Below the pieces are notes generated by a model. It did no database searches. It worked only from the letters and a program-made list of their open reading frames with translations, and was not told where the DNA came from. Source: Puniceicoccaceae bacterium (GTDB taxonomy: Bacteria > Verrucomicrobiota > Verrucomicrobiia > Opitutales > Oceanipulchritudinaceae). Taken from it: a stretch of 64,000 bases of DNA. Location of the stretch: the NCBI GenBank assembly GCA_040830765.1, contig JBFOMH010000027.1, positions 37,273 through 101,272 of the forward strand, read 5' to 3'. Of the stretch, positions 37,348 to 46,929 are shown one piece after another (positions within the stretch are counted from its first letter, which is position 1; every line of letters begins with the position of its first letter). Made by a program: the position numbers and the translations under genes.

Positions 37348-40300
37348 CTAATAGGCGGTCGCCTCAAGCATGAAGAAGAGGCGTTCGGAGGGATCCTCGA
37401 AAACGGCTTCCACCAGCTGATGCCCGTTTTCGTCCGTCCAGATGACGTTTATTCGGACAGGGACGGCTTCTTCCCAGCTACCCAGGTCCATCGACTTCCA
37501 ATGCGTCCTCTGCACGCCCATTGCCTTGAGGTCCCTGTAGTAGAGGAACGAATACAGGTTTGTAACCGGGTCGCGGTAAGCGGCCGGCATCTCAGCCCCG
37601 GTCATGGCGAACGGGTTCAGTCCCATGGAGAAGGCGAGGACATTCTCAACCAAAAGGGGGCCATTGACGTCATCTGCCTGGCGGTTACTGGGATGGATGC
37701 CATGGAGGCCGGCCCACTCGCTCATGGTGATGAGCCCTTCCTTCTGGGGATCGTAGAGAACGGTTGCCAGCTGGCTGATAAGGGTATCAATAACCAGGCG
37801 GTCGTCTGAGCCAGCGTTGATATCGAGGTAGTTCAGGCGAACATCGACATCGAGCAGGATAGGGAAGTTGAGCAGGGTGGAGATTTCAGAAAGGTTGTTG
37901 TTATACAAGTCAACGATGAACAGGTTGGCCAAGCCGGCCAATGGATGGAGGTCGCTGATTTGGTTATCTGCAAGATAGAGATAAAAGAGGTTTGCCGCGT
38001 GTTCGAGGCCAACGAGGCTGGCGATGTTGCGTCCACGGGCATCAAAGGTAGTCAGGATGGCCATTTCGACATCAACAATTGGTTCGCCGGGCAACCGGCC
38101 GAGGTGCTGCTCGAGAGCTGTGCGCAAATTCGGATCAGGAATGTTGATGGCGAGGGAAGAATCGATGATTTCCACTGGAATCTGGATGGAGGACAGGGAA
38201 GGTTCATCAAGGGCAATGTCGCCCGTTGTGTAAACGGCTCCGGAGATTTCGGGGAGTGGACTGAAGTTGAGGTCGACAACTGTTTCCACTCCTGGAAATA
38301 GGATCCCTGCAGCAGGGGCAGCGCTCACCCAGCCATCCGGCGAGGTGAGGCTGAACGTGACCAGGTTGATACCGCCATTGACCAGGGTTAGCGAGCCACT
38401 GGCCGTTCCACCAGTAGTGCCTTGCAGACGTATGCGGCCGGGGTTGGCCGCGACTGGGTAGGGCATGGGATAATTCAAGTAGATATTGCCAGTGGAGAGG
38501 TCCACTCCATCGGTCAGTCCGGTGACTTGAATGATGTAAGTCTGGCCGGCAACCGCATCAAAGGTGACACCGGCAAAGTAGCTGATGTAATCATCATTGG
38601 CACCCACGAGGGTGAGGGAGGCAAGCTCCGTGCCGGTGTAGACGGCCATCGCGGTGTCAAAGGTACTGTCAACGGTGTCGATGGTTACCGGACCGGATGT
38701 GGCAGCGGTCCATTCCCACCAGACGGACTCGCTGCTGGCACCGATTGGATTGACCGGCTCATCGGTCTCGGAAGTGGCATTGTCGTTATTGCCTTCAGTC
38801 CGGATGGTTCCGGCAGGCAGGGGAATCCGGTTCTCAAAGTTGTCATTGGGCGGCCTCCGGATGCCGGGGAGCGGGTAATTCAGCGTAACCGAACCAGTTG
38901 CGCCATCCCAACCACTGACTTGGACATGGAAGGGCTGTCCAAGCGCTGGAGTGAAGGTGACGGAACTCTGCTGGCCTGAATCATCATTGTTGCTGGCGAG
39001 GAGGACGAGGTCATCGAGGCTGGTTCCACTATACACTGCGAGGGTGGTGTCGAAGCTGCTGCCAACCGTTGTGATGGTGGCCTCTGTATCGCTGGCCGCT
39101 ACCCATTCCCACCAAATAGTTTGTGAACCCGCACCGGCTGGATTGACTGGTTCGCCCGCCTCCAGGGTTGCTCCCTGGTTGATTCCAGTTGTGCTGGTTG
39201 TTCCTAACGGCAAGGTGATACGGTTGGCAAAGTCGTCATTGAGTGGATTCGGGTGGGCTGCCTCGGGGTAGTTGAGCTTGATGTCCCCGGTCGAAGCGCC
39301 CGATCCATTGACTTGGATTTTATAGGAAGTTCCCTGAGTGGCGATAAAGGATACCTCGCTTTGTGAGCCAACGTTATCATCGTTATCGGCCACGAGGACA
39401 AGTTGATCGATTGCATCGCCGGTGTAAGCGGCCAAGGTTGTATCAAAGGTACTGCCGACTGTATTGATCACAACACTACCGGAGATCGGGGAGATCCATT
39501 CCCACCAGACTGATGCGCCGCCAGCCGTTGCCGGCTGGATGGGCTCGTCGGTCTCGATGGTAGCACCGGTGTTGCTGCCACTGGTCTGGGTCGAGCCGGG
39601 TGGAAGGAGAATCCGTTGGGCAAAGAAATCATTCGGAACAACGGGTGGGGCCGGGTCCGGGTAATTGAGGACGATGCTCCCGGTTGTCGGGTCGGCGTAA
39701 TAGAGCCCGTAGACTTGGATCAGGTAGGATTCTCCCGGGGTTGGTGTAAAGGTGACCGAGCTCTGGATACCTCCGGAATCGTCATTCCACGCAACCAGAG
39801 AGAGGCTGTCGAGTTGCGTTCCCTGATAGATGGAAAGCACGGTGTCAAAACTGCTCCCAAAGGTGGTTATGGTTGCCGGCGTGGAGGAGGGGGCAATCCA
39901 TTCCCACCACACGGTTTCCCAGCCTTCAGAAAAGTAGATGTTGGGTTCCCCGGGTTCAATGGTCGCGCTGATGTTGCTCCCGGTGGTCTGCGTTGTTCCG
40001 GAGGCAAGGACGAACCGGTCGTCAAAGTCATCATTGAGGGGACCAACGTAGAAGTCGCCATAGTTCAATTGGATATCCCCACTCCAGTAGGCATAGCCGT
40101 TGACCTGGATGAAGTAGGACTGGCCGGCTATGGCATCGAAGCGGACACCACTTTGCAGGCCGATAGCGTCGTCGTCGGCGTCAAGCAGGACAAGATCGCT
40201 CAGGCTAGTGCCCGAATACACGGCGAGTGTTGTATCAAAGGAACTGCCGGTGGTTGAGATGCTGAAGTTGCCCGATGAGTCAGGGACCCATTCCCACCAG

Positions 40301-42114
40301 ACAGAATGGCCTCCGGCACCGGGTGGATTCAAGGGTTCGCCAATCTCGAGGGTCGCCTGTGAATTGTATCCTGTGGTGGAGGTCTCGGCATTTGAGAGCA
40401 GTATCCGGTCAGCGAAATTGTCGTTGGGAGGAGGAACAATGATGCTGAAGGATTCGATCACATTGGCGGGATTCTTCCCCGTTGCCGTAACGGAAATGTT
40501 GAGGTTGGTCGAGGACGGTCCCGCGGGAACAAAAATCGCTGCGGTGTAGATGGCATCATTGGCAACGGCATCCGGGGCAGTTCCGTCGTCAAGAAAGGCG
40601 GTCACTGCTCCACCATCAATGTAGGCAGTTACCGTGGCTCCTGTCAGGGGGAGGAAGTCGTTCACCTGAATGAAGATCGTATTATCCTCATCCGCCACGA
40701 AGACGCCGTTGGAGGTGTAGGCCCGCAGTTCCAGGTCGCCATCAGCGGCAATCGTTAGGGCGGTCTCGCCGTTGACCATGCCACCTGTCGCAACGAGCCC
40801 GTCCAGACTGGCAAGTGGAGTGACTGATTGGAGGAGCCGGGCGCGCTGTTCCGCGATTCCGGCAGCGGGATACTGGCTGGCCACGAGGGCGGCAATACCG
40901 GCCACATGCGGTGTCGCCATGCTGGTGCCATCAAAGTAACTGTAGCTGGTATCGGAAGCGGCCGTGGCCGAAAGGATGGCTACACCCGGGGCGGCAAGGT
41001 CCACTCTTGTGCTCCCGTAGTTGGAGAAGTAGGCGAGGGTGCCGGTCCGGTCGATAGCAGCCACGGCGATGACATTCTCCACATCGTAACTGGCCGGGTA
41101 GATGGGGCTGAGGTCATTGTCCGTTCCGGAATTGCCGGCTGCCGCTACAAAAAGGATGCCGGCCGCATTTGCGGATTCGATGGCATCCTCAAGGGCCTGG
41201 CTGAAGCCGGAGCCGCCCCAGCTGTTGTTCATGATGTCGGCCCCGTTTGTAATGGCATAGTCTATACAGGCCAGGGCGCCTGATATGGTCCCGTTCCCCG
41301 TGCTGTCGAGAAACTTCAGGGCCATGACCTTGACGTTGTAGGCAACTCCGACGTGTCTGCCAGAGTCAAAGGGGGTTGCGGCGATAGTTCCAGCCACGTG
41401 GGTCCCGTGGTTATGGTCGTCCATGGGATCGCCGGTCCCGGTAATGGCGTTGATGCCATAGATGTCGTCGGTGAAACCGTTTCCATCATCATCAATCCCA
41501 TTTCCGGCAATTTCCCCCGGGTTGGTCCACATGTTGCCGGCAAGGTCCTGATGGGTGTAGCGTATGCCGGTGTCAATGACGGCCACTGTCACGGATGCGG
41601 AACCGGTCGTGATGCCCCATGCGCCGACCGCGTTGACATCCCGCCCGGCAACCCCGCCGTTCTGGCCGGTGTTGCGAAGGCCCCACAGGTCCCCGTTGGC
41701 GAAGGAGGTGTCGGTGGGCAATGTTTGCAGGACGCTGACCTGCCAGTCGTGTTCGACATACTCAAAGAGTCCGGTCGCGCGCAAGGCTTGCATGCGCTTC
41801 TCAAGGCCTCTCCTGCCAGCATCAGGGGCAGCTTTCGACTTTTCGTTACGGATGATCTTCAGGCCCGGTACAGACCGGATCTCTTTATCAAGGCGCATCC
41901 CGTTTGCTTTTAAAGCCGCAGACAGTCGAGCTGCGTTGGCCCGGGGATTCTTCAATTTAACGATCAGGGTATCCCCGGAAATTGTTGGAGGAGCTGTTCC
42001 TTTTCCTTCTGTGGCAAGTTTACCCGGGCCCCCTGCGAACAGAGCCACAGTTCCCATGAACAACATCCCCATCGGGATGCAGCAGCGGATGATGGATTGC
42101 CTGTAACGATTCAA
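37348..42114 (-). CDS. Secreted S8 subtilase with five tandem PPC-like domains, a short LRR block and a C-terminal domain
   Basis: VAVIDTG, HGTHVAG, AAGNSG and GTSMATPHVAG catalytic motifs; five P.ND.F..R...VWWEW...SSFDT.LAVY.G repeats; IPDPNLR..L.L..N.I.DL LRRs. TTG start inferred from a GAGGAG RBS. Confidence 0.9.
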   Translation of the reverse strand: MNRYRQSIIRCCIPMGMLFMGTVALFAGGPGKLATEGKGTAPPTISGDTLIVKLKNPRANAARLSAALKANGMRLDKEIRSVPGLKIIRNEKSKAAPDAGRRGLEKRMQALRATGLFEYVEHDWQVSVLQTLPTDTSFANGDLWGLRNTGQNGGVAGRDVNAVGAWGITTGSASVTVAVIDTGIRYTHQDLAGNMWTNPGEIAGNGIDDDGNGFTDDIYGINAITGTGDPMDDHNHGTHVAGTIAATPFDSGRHVGVAYNVKVMALKFLDSTGNGTISGALACIDYAITNGADIMNNSWGGSGFSQALEDAIESANAAGILFVAAAGNSGTDNDLSPIYPASYDVENVIAVAAIDRTGTLAYFSNYGSTRVDLAAPGVAILSATAASDTSYSYFDGTSMATPHVAGIAALVASQYPAAGIAEQRARLLQSVTPLASLDGLVATGGMVNGETALTIAADGDLELRAYTSNGVFVADEDNTIFIQVNDFLPLTGATVTAYIDGGAVTAFLDDGTAPDAVANDAIYTAAIFVPAGPSSTNLNISVTATGKNPANVIESFSIIVPPPNDNFADRILLSNAETSTTGYNSQATLEIGEPLNPPGAGGHSVWWEWVPDSSGNFSISTTGSSFDTTLAVYSGTSLSDLVLLDADDDAIGLQSGVRFDAIAGQSYFIQVNGYAYWSGDIQLNYGDFYVGPLNDDFDDRFVLASGTTQTTGSNISATIEPGEPNIYFSEGWETVWWEWIAPSSTPATITTFGSSFDTVLSIYQGTQLDSLSLVAWNDDSGGIQSSVTFTPTPGESYLIQVYGLYYADPTTGSIVLNYPDPAPPVVPNDFFAQRILLPPGSTQTSGSNTGATIETDEPIQPATAGGASVWWEWISPISGSVVINTVGSTFDTTLAAYTGDAIDQLVLVADNDDNVGSQSEVSFIATQGTSYKIQVNGSGASTGDIKLNYPEAAHPNPLNDDFANRITLPLGTTSTTGINQGATLEAGEPVNPAGAGSQTIWWEWVAASDTEATITTVGSSFDTTLAVYSGTSLDDLVLLASNNDDSGQQSSVTFTPALGQPFHVQVSGWDGATGSVTLNYPLPGIRRPPNDNFENRIPLPAGTIRTEGNNDNATSETDEPVNPIGASSESVWWEWTAATSGPVTIDTVDSTFDTAMAVYTGTELASLTLVGANDDYISYFAGVTFDAVAGQTYIIQVTGLTDGVDLSTGNIYLNYPMPYPVAANPGRIRLQGTTGGTASGSLTLVNGGINLVTFSLTSPDGWVSAAPAAGILFPGVETVVDLNFSPLPEISGAVYTTGDIALDEPSLSSIQIPVEIIDSSLAINIPDPNLRTALEQHLGRLPGEPIVDVEMAILTTFDARGRNIASLVGLEHAANLFYLYLADNQISDLHPLAGLANLFIVDLYNNNLSEISTLLNFPILLDVDVRLNYLDINAGSDDRLVIDTLISQLATVLYDPQKEGLITMSEWAGLHGIHPSNRQADDVNGPLLVENVLAFSMGLNPFAMTGAEMPAAYRDPVTNLYSFLYYRDLKAMGVQRTHWKSMDLGSWEEAVPVRINVIWTDENGHQLVEAVFEDPSERLFFMLEATAY

Positions 42115-42392
42115 TGCCCCTTGCTCCTCGTCTTCCGTGCCGGACCTGACACTGTTCGCATTGTAAGCGAAAGGCGAGCCTCGCAACAACGATAAACTGT
42201 GTTAGAAATCTGTAAAAATGATCTCATTAGGGCCGGTTTGGACCGTTGTTCAGTGCGATATCGCCACCCGTTCCAGATGAAATTATCTGGATGCTTCGCT
42301 TAATGAAAGTGAATGCACGATAATGCACAGTTTTCTGCAAAATCATTTGCCATTTTAACGGCGATTCGTCACAAACCGTGACCACACCCTTT

Positions 42393-42809
42393 ATGTTTAG
42401 CCACCTTGACCATATCGCCATCCTCGTGAAGGACACTGAAGAAGCCTTGGCCTTCTACCGGGACAAACTGGGACTAACAGTCCGGGTTTCGGAGAAGTTC
42501 GAACAAACCAACGTGCGTCTGACCCATCTGGATCTGGGCAATCTAGACCTGCAGCTGGTGGAACCCCTGACCGCGGATCATCCGCTGAAGGAGGAATTGG
42601 ACCGGCGCGGCGAGTGTTTGCATCATCTGTGCCTGAGAACGGAGTCGCTTCCGGACAGTGCTGATGGCTTCAGTGCAGCTGGAATCAACCTCAAGGCCCC
42701 GAACCCGCATCCGGCAGTGGAAGGGAAGAAGGCCCTTTTTCTCAAGTCTGAGGATACGCGGGGTATTGTCTGGGAATTGACAGGTCCGGATCCACAGGAG
42801 GCATCCTAA
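42393..42809 (+). CDS. VOC-family protein (methylmalonyl-CoA epimerase-like)
   Basis: LDHIAILV, LQLVEP, GECLHHLCL, GIVWEL. Confidence 0.85.
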   Translation: MFSHLDHIAILVKDTEEALAFYRDKLGLTVRVSEKFEQTNVRLTHLDLGNLDLQLVEPLTADHPLKEELDRRGECLHHLCLRTESLPDSADGFSAAGINLKAPNPHPAVEGKKALFLKSEDTRGIVWELTGPDPQEAS

Positions 42810-43858
42810 TGGAGACCTACAGAATCGCCTTGCTTCCAGGGGATGGAATCGGACCGGAAGTGACAAACTCAGCCGTCGAGGTCCTTGAGGCGGTAAGCGG
42901 AGAGAAGGAAGGACTGCTGCTGGACATGCAATCCCATCCAGCTGGAGCGGGGGAATTCATGAAGAACGGCAATGACTTGCCGGAATCGACCCTCGAGGCA
43001 TGTGCGGATGCGGATGCCGTCCTGCTGGGGGCTATGGGGCTGCCATCCGTTCGCTGGCCGGATGGTCGCGAACTGACCCCACAAATCGATATCCGGGAGC
43101 GGCTCGATCTGTACGGCGGGCTCCGCCCGATTAAGCTATATCACAGGGATGATACACCTCTGAAGAATCACGAGGCGGGCGGCATCGACATCATGCTGGT
43201 GCGGGAGAACACCGAGGGGCTATTTGCCGCCCGCAAGAACGGCATTTCAGATGACAGCAAGGCGACCGATCAATTGGTCCTGACCCGCAAGGGCTGCGAA
43301 CGGATTGTTCATCTTGCCATGCAGGAAGCCATGAAGCGCCGGAAGAAGGTTACCTTGGTGGACAAGGCAAATGTCCTCCCGTCGATGGTTTTCTTCAGGA
43401 AGATCTTTGAGGAAGTGGCGAGTGGTTATCCCGAGGTGGAGACGGAGTCGGTTTACATTGACGCCATGGCCCTTTACCTGGTTCAGCGCCCGGAAACTTT
43501 TGATGTCGTGGTTACGGAGAACATGTTCGGGGATATCCTTTCCGACCTGCTGGCCGGGATCGTCGGCGGGATGGGTTTTGCCCCTTCCGGGGACATCGGT
43601 GATACCTGTGCTGTTTTCCAACCATCGCATGGCACAGCCCCCGATATTGCCGGAAAGGGCATTGCCAATCCGGTGGCGACCATCCTTTCCGCGGCCATGA
43701 TGTTGAATTGGCTGCCTGGGGAAGCGGCTTCCAGTGCCGGAATTCGGATTGAACAGGCTGTTGCTTCCGCACTCGCCAATCCTGAAAACCGTGGGGCCGA
43801 CAGGGGCGGAAGTCTCGGGACAAAGGAATTAACAACCCGGATTATCGAATGTCTCTGA
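42809..43858 (+). CDS. Isocitrate/isopropylmalate/tartrate dehydrogenase family enzyme
   Basis: LPGDGIGPEV, VRENTEG, VDKANVL, NMFGDILSD, PSHGTAPDIAGKGIANP. Confidence 0.9.
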   Translation: METYRIALLPGDGIGPEVTNSAVEVLEAVSGEKEGLLLDMQSHPAGAGEFMKNGNDLPESTLEACADADAVLLGAMGLPSVRWPDGRELTPQIDIRERLDLYGGLRPIKLYHRDDTPLKNHEAGGIDIMLVRENTEGLFAARKNGISDDSKATDQLVLTRKGCERIVHLAMQEAMKRRKKVTLVDKANVLPSMVFFRKIFEEVASGYPEVETESVYIDAMALYLVQRPETFDVVVTENMFGDILSDLLAGIVGGMGFAPSGDIGDTCAVFQPSHGTAPDIAGKGIANPVATILSAAMMLNWLPGEAASSAGIRIEQAVASALANPENRGADRGGSLGTKELTTRIIECL

Positions 43859-45876
43859 CTGTCTATATCGACCTGACTGCCCCGGTTGTCGATGGCAATC
43901 CGGGAGTCAGCATTCGATCCGCCAAAACACTTGCGGACGATGGCTGGAATGCAACCACCCTTGAATTATATTCCCATTCGGGGACACACATGGATGCACC
44001 CATCCATTTCGGCTGTGGTGAGACGACCCTTGACCAGATTCCGCTTTCCCGGTTTCTCAGCAAGGCTTGGTTGGTCGATATTCCCAATGTGCAACCGAAG
44101 CAATTGTTGGAGGTCGGCCACCTTGGTCAGACGGCTGGCAAAATTGCCCGGGGAGACTCACTCATATTACGAACCGGCTGGGCCCAATATGCCGGGAATG
44201 CCGAAATTTTCCGTCATGGGCTTCCGCGGATAGGCGAAGAGCTGGCCGAATGGATTGTCGCTAAGGGAATAAACCTGGTTGGGGTTGAACCGCCGTCTGT
44301 TGCGGATGTTGACAATCTTCCCGAGGTAACCCGCATCCATGAGATCCTGCTCGGAGGCGATGTGATCATTGTCGAAGGTCTCAGCGGATTGGAGAAAATC
44401 CATCACGAGACCTTTACCTTTGGTGCCTTTCCTCTCCGCATCCAAGGGGGTGATGGGTGTCCCTGCCGGGCCTTTGCGAAGCTTCCGGTGAATGAAGTGA
44501 ATCTCGCCTACGGGGAAGTTCTTGCGAGCTTACCGCAGTGGACAAATGAAGACCTGACCGGGGCAATCAGGGAAGCACGGCGCTCAGCTAACATTGTCAT
44601 TGCGGTACTTGATGATGATCCGACCGGCAACCAGACGGTTCACGGGGTGTCTGTCTACACCCGCTGGGACAAGGATGCGTTGGTCACGGAAATGCGCGAG
44701 GGTCCGGGCCTGTTCTTTCTGCTCACCAACACGCGGGCGATGGTCGAGGAGGATGCAGTCGAACTGACACGCTCGACAGGAGAACTGTTGCAGACGGCCG
44801 CCAAGGAGGCCGGTTGCCGGCTTTTGACGATTAGCCGCGGGGACTCGACCTTGCGGGGACACTACCCGGCCGAGGTACTTGCCCTTGGGGAAGGATTGGG
44901 GATCCCGGAGGCACCGCATGTTATCGCTCCAGCTTTCCAAAATGGCGGCCGCTTAACGCTCAACGGTGTCCACTTTGTCCACGAGGGGGAAGAGCTTGTT
45001 CCGGCGGGAGCGACTCCATTCGCCCAGGATGAAACCTTTGGCTTCAGTTCCTCGAATTTGCCGGATTGGATTGCCGAGAAGACCGGAAGCCGGGTCCCTG
45101 GGGAGACAATCCAGTTGATCGACATCCAAACGATCCGCAAGGGTGATCCGGTAGATTTGTCTTCGACGGCGAACCACATCATTCTTGATGCCGCTGCCGA
45201 TAGGGACCTGCAAGGACCTGCACTGGCCTTTCTCAAGGCTATCGCTGAAGGAAGGGACTTCCTATTCCGGACCGCGGCGGACTTTGTTCATGTCGTTGCC
45301 GGCATTGAGCCGAAGCCACTTCTGGAAGCAGCTGACCTGACGTTCCCAGATGGCAAGGGCGGCCTGTTTGTTGTAGGATCGCATGTTCCGAAGACAACCC
45401 GCCAGCTGCAGGTGTTAATGTCGCATCCTTCCGTTGTTCCACTGGAAATTGATGTTGAAGTGCTGTTGTCTGAATCCGGTGAGGCTTACCTCGAGGAGTG
45501 CAGGGCGACTTTGAATGAATCCATTGAATCCGGTCATTGCGTTGTTGCCTACACAAGCCGGAAGCTGAAGACCGGGAGGGACAAGCAGGAGAGTCTGCGA
45601 CTGAGTTTACGGGTGTCTGACTTTCTTGTCGAATTGGTTGCGGGACTGGAGCGGGCTCCCGGGTTCCTGGTCTCCAAAGGGGGAATTACCTCCTGCGAAC
45701 TGGCGCGGAAGGCATTGGACGTCGGGCGGGCCTCCGTGCTCGGGCAGGCGCTACCGGGAGTTCCTGTCTGGAGCCTGGGTGAGGGGAGTCGTTATCCCGG
45801 CCTGCCATTTGTTGTCTTTCCCGGAAATGTCGGTGACGACCAGGCATTGTTAACATTGGCCAATAAACTGTTATGA
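43849..45876 (+). CDS. Fusion of a cyclase/kynurenine-formamidase-like hydrolase and a DUF1537 four-carbon acid-sugar kinase
   Basis: HSGTHMDAP..H, LILRTGW, IIVEGL and GGDGCPCRA, followed by VLDDDPTGNQTVH, SRGDSTLRGH, KGGITS and FPGNVG. Confidence 0.85.
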   Translation: MSLTVYIDLTAPVVDGNPGVSIRSAKTLADDGWNATTLELYSHSGTHMDAPIHFGCGETTLDQIPLSRFLSKAWLVDIPNVQPKQLLEVGHLGQTAGKIARGDSLILRTGWAQYAGNAEIFRHGLPRIGEELAEWIVAKGINLVGVEPPSVADVDNLPEVTRIHEILLGGDVIIVEGLSGLEKIHHETFTFGAFPLRIQGGDGCPCRAFAKLPVNEVNLAYGEVLASLPQWTNEDLTGAIREARRSANIVIAVLDDDPTGNQTVHGVSVYTRWDKDALVTEMREGPGLFFLLTNTRAMVEEDAVELTRSTGELLQTAAKEAGCRLLTISRGDSTLRGHYPAEVLALGEGLGIPEAPHVIAPAFQNGGRLTLNGVHFVHEGEELVPAGATPFAQDETFGFSSSNLPDWIAEKTGSRVPGETIQLIDIQTIRKGDPVDLSSTANHIILDAAADRDLQGPALAFLKAIAEGRDFLFRTAADFVHVVAGIEPKPLLEAADLTFPDGKGGLFVVGSHVPKTTRQLQVLMSHPSVVPLEIDVEVLLSESGEAYLEECRATLNESIESGHCVVAYTSRKLKTGRDKQESLRLSLRVSDFLVELVAGLERAPGFLVSKGGITSCELARKALDVGRASVLGQALPGVPVWSLGEGSRYPGLPFVVFPGNVGDDQALLTLANKLL

Positions 45877-46925
45877 GCGAACAATCATTCAAGGGTGTAT
45901 GCGTGGGGGCCGGATATTTCAGCCGGTTCCAGTATCAGGCGTGGAACGAACTGCCGGAAACCGAGATTCTGGCTGTCTGCAACCGTTCCGTTGACAAGGC
46001 GGAGGTCATCGCACGGGACTTCGGGATTCCCAATGTGTATTCGATCGGCGACTACGAGAAGATGCTTGATGAACAACAGCCCGACTTTGTCGATATCATC
46101 ACGCCACCGGAAACCCATCTGCCGTTGGTTGAGGCGGCCATCAATCGGGGAATTGCTGTCATCTGCCAGAAGCCACTGGCCCCAACATGGGCAGAATGCC
46201 GTCGCATGGAGGAAATCGTTAAGGCCAGCCCTGTGCCTTTCATGGTTCATGAGAATTGGCGTTGGCAGCCATGGTACCGTGAGGTCAAACAGTTGATGGA
46301 CGCTGATGCGATTGGAGAATTCTTCCATTGCGCCATCCAGACCAGGCTCGGTGACGGATGGGGCGAGGACGCTTACCTTGCCCGGCAGCCCTTCTTCAGG
46401 GACTACCCACGACTTTTTATCTACGAGACAGGTGTTCACTTTCTTGATACTTTCCGGTTTCTCTTTGGAGAGGTCGATTCCATCCATGCCTCAATTGCGA
46501 AGCGCAATCCGGTAATCAAGGGTGAAGACAGTGCCATGCTTTTCTGCAAATTTGCCGGAGGGGGGACAGCCCTGCTCGATGCCAACCGCTACAATGAATC
46601 GGAGGCCGATAATCCGCGTTACACCTTCGGCAAGATCCGCATTGAAGGAAGCAAGGGGCATCTCGAAATCGACTTTGACGGCTCGATAACGATTAAGCCG
46701 TTGGGCAAGCCCACCCGGGGCCACGAGTATACGCCTTCCCGAGATGGATTTGCCGGCAACTGTGTTCATGCCGTGCAGCGGCACTTTGTCGATTGCCTGA
46801 TTGCCGGCCAACCGTTCGAAAGCACCATTTCCGACTACCTCCAATCCGTGAAGCTGGTGGAGGCCGCCTATGCCAGTGCCGCCACTGATTCTGTTATCAC
46901 CCCTTCAACCTACAACCCCTCGTAA
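45873..46925 (+). CDS. Gfo/Idh/MocA-family oxidoreductase
   Basis: GAGYFS, DIITPPETH, CQKPLA, HENWRWQPWY, ETGVHFLD. Confidence 0.9.
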   Translation: MSEQSFKGVCVGAGYFSRFQYQAWNELPETEILAVCNRSVDKAEVIARDFGIPNVYSIGDYEKMLDEQQPDFVDIITPPETHLPLVEAAINRGIAVICQKPLAPTWAECRRMEEIVKASPVPFMVHENWRWQPWYREVKQLMDADAIGEFFHCAIQTRLGDGWGEDAYLARQPFFRDYPRLFIYETGVHFLDTFRFLFGEVDSIHASIAKRNPVIKGEDSAMLFCKFAGGGTALLDANRYNESEADNPRYTFGKIRIEGSKGHLEIDFDGSITIKPLGKPTRGHEYTPSRDGFAGNCVHAVQRHFVDCLIAGQPFESTISDYLQSVKLVEAAYASAATDSVITPSTYNPS

Positions 46926-46929
46926 GCTT

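Noticed and set aside
42809..43858. leuB gene symbol
   Set aside because: No leu genes nearby and the context is catabolic; family membership is clear but substrate is not.
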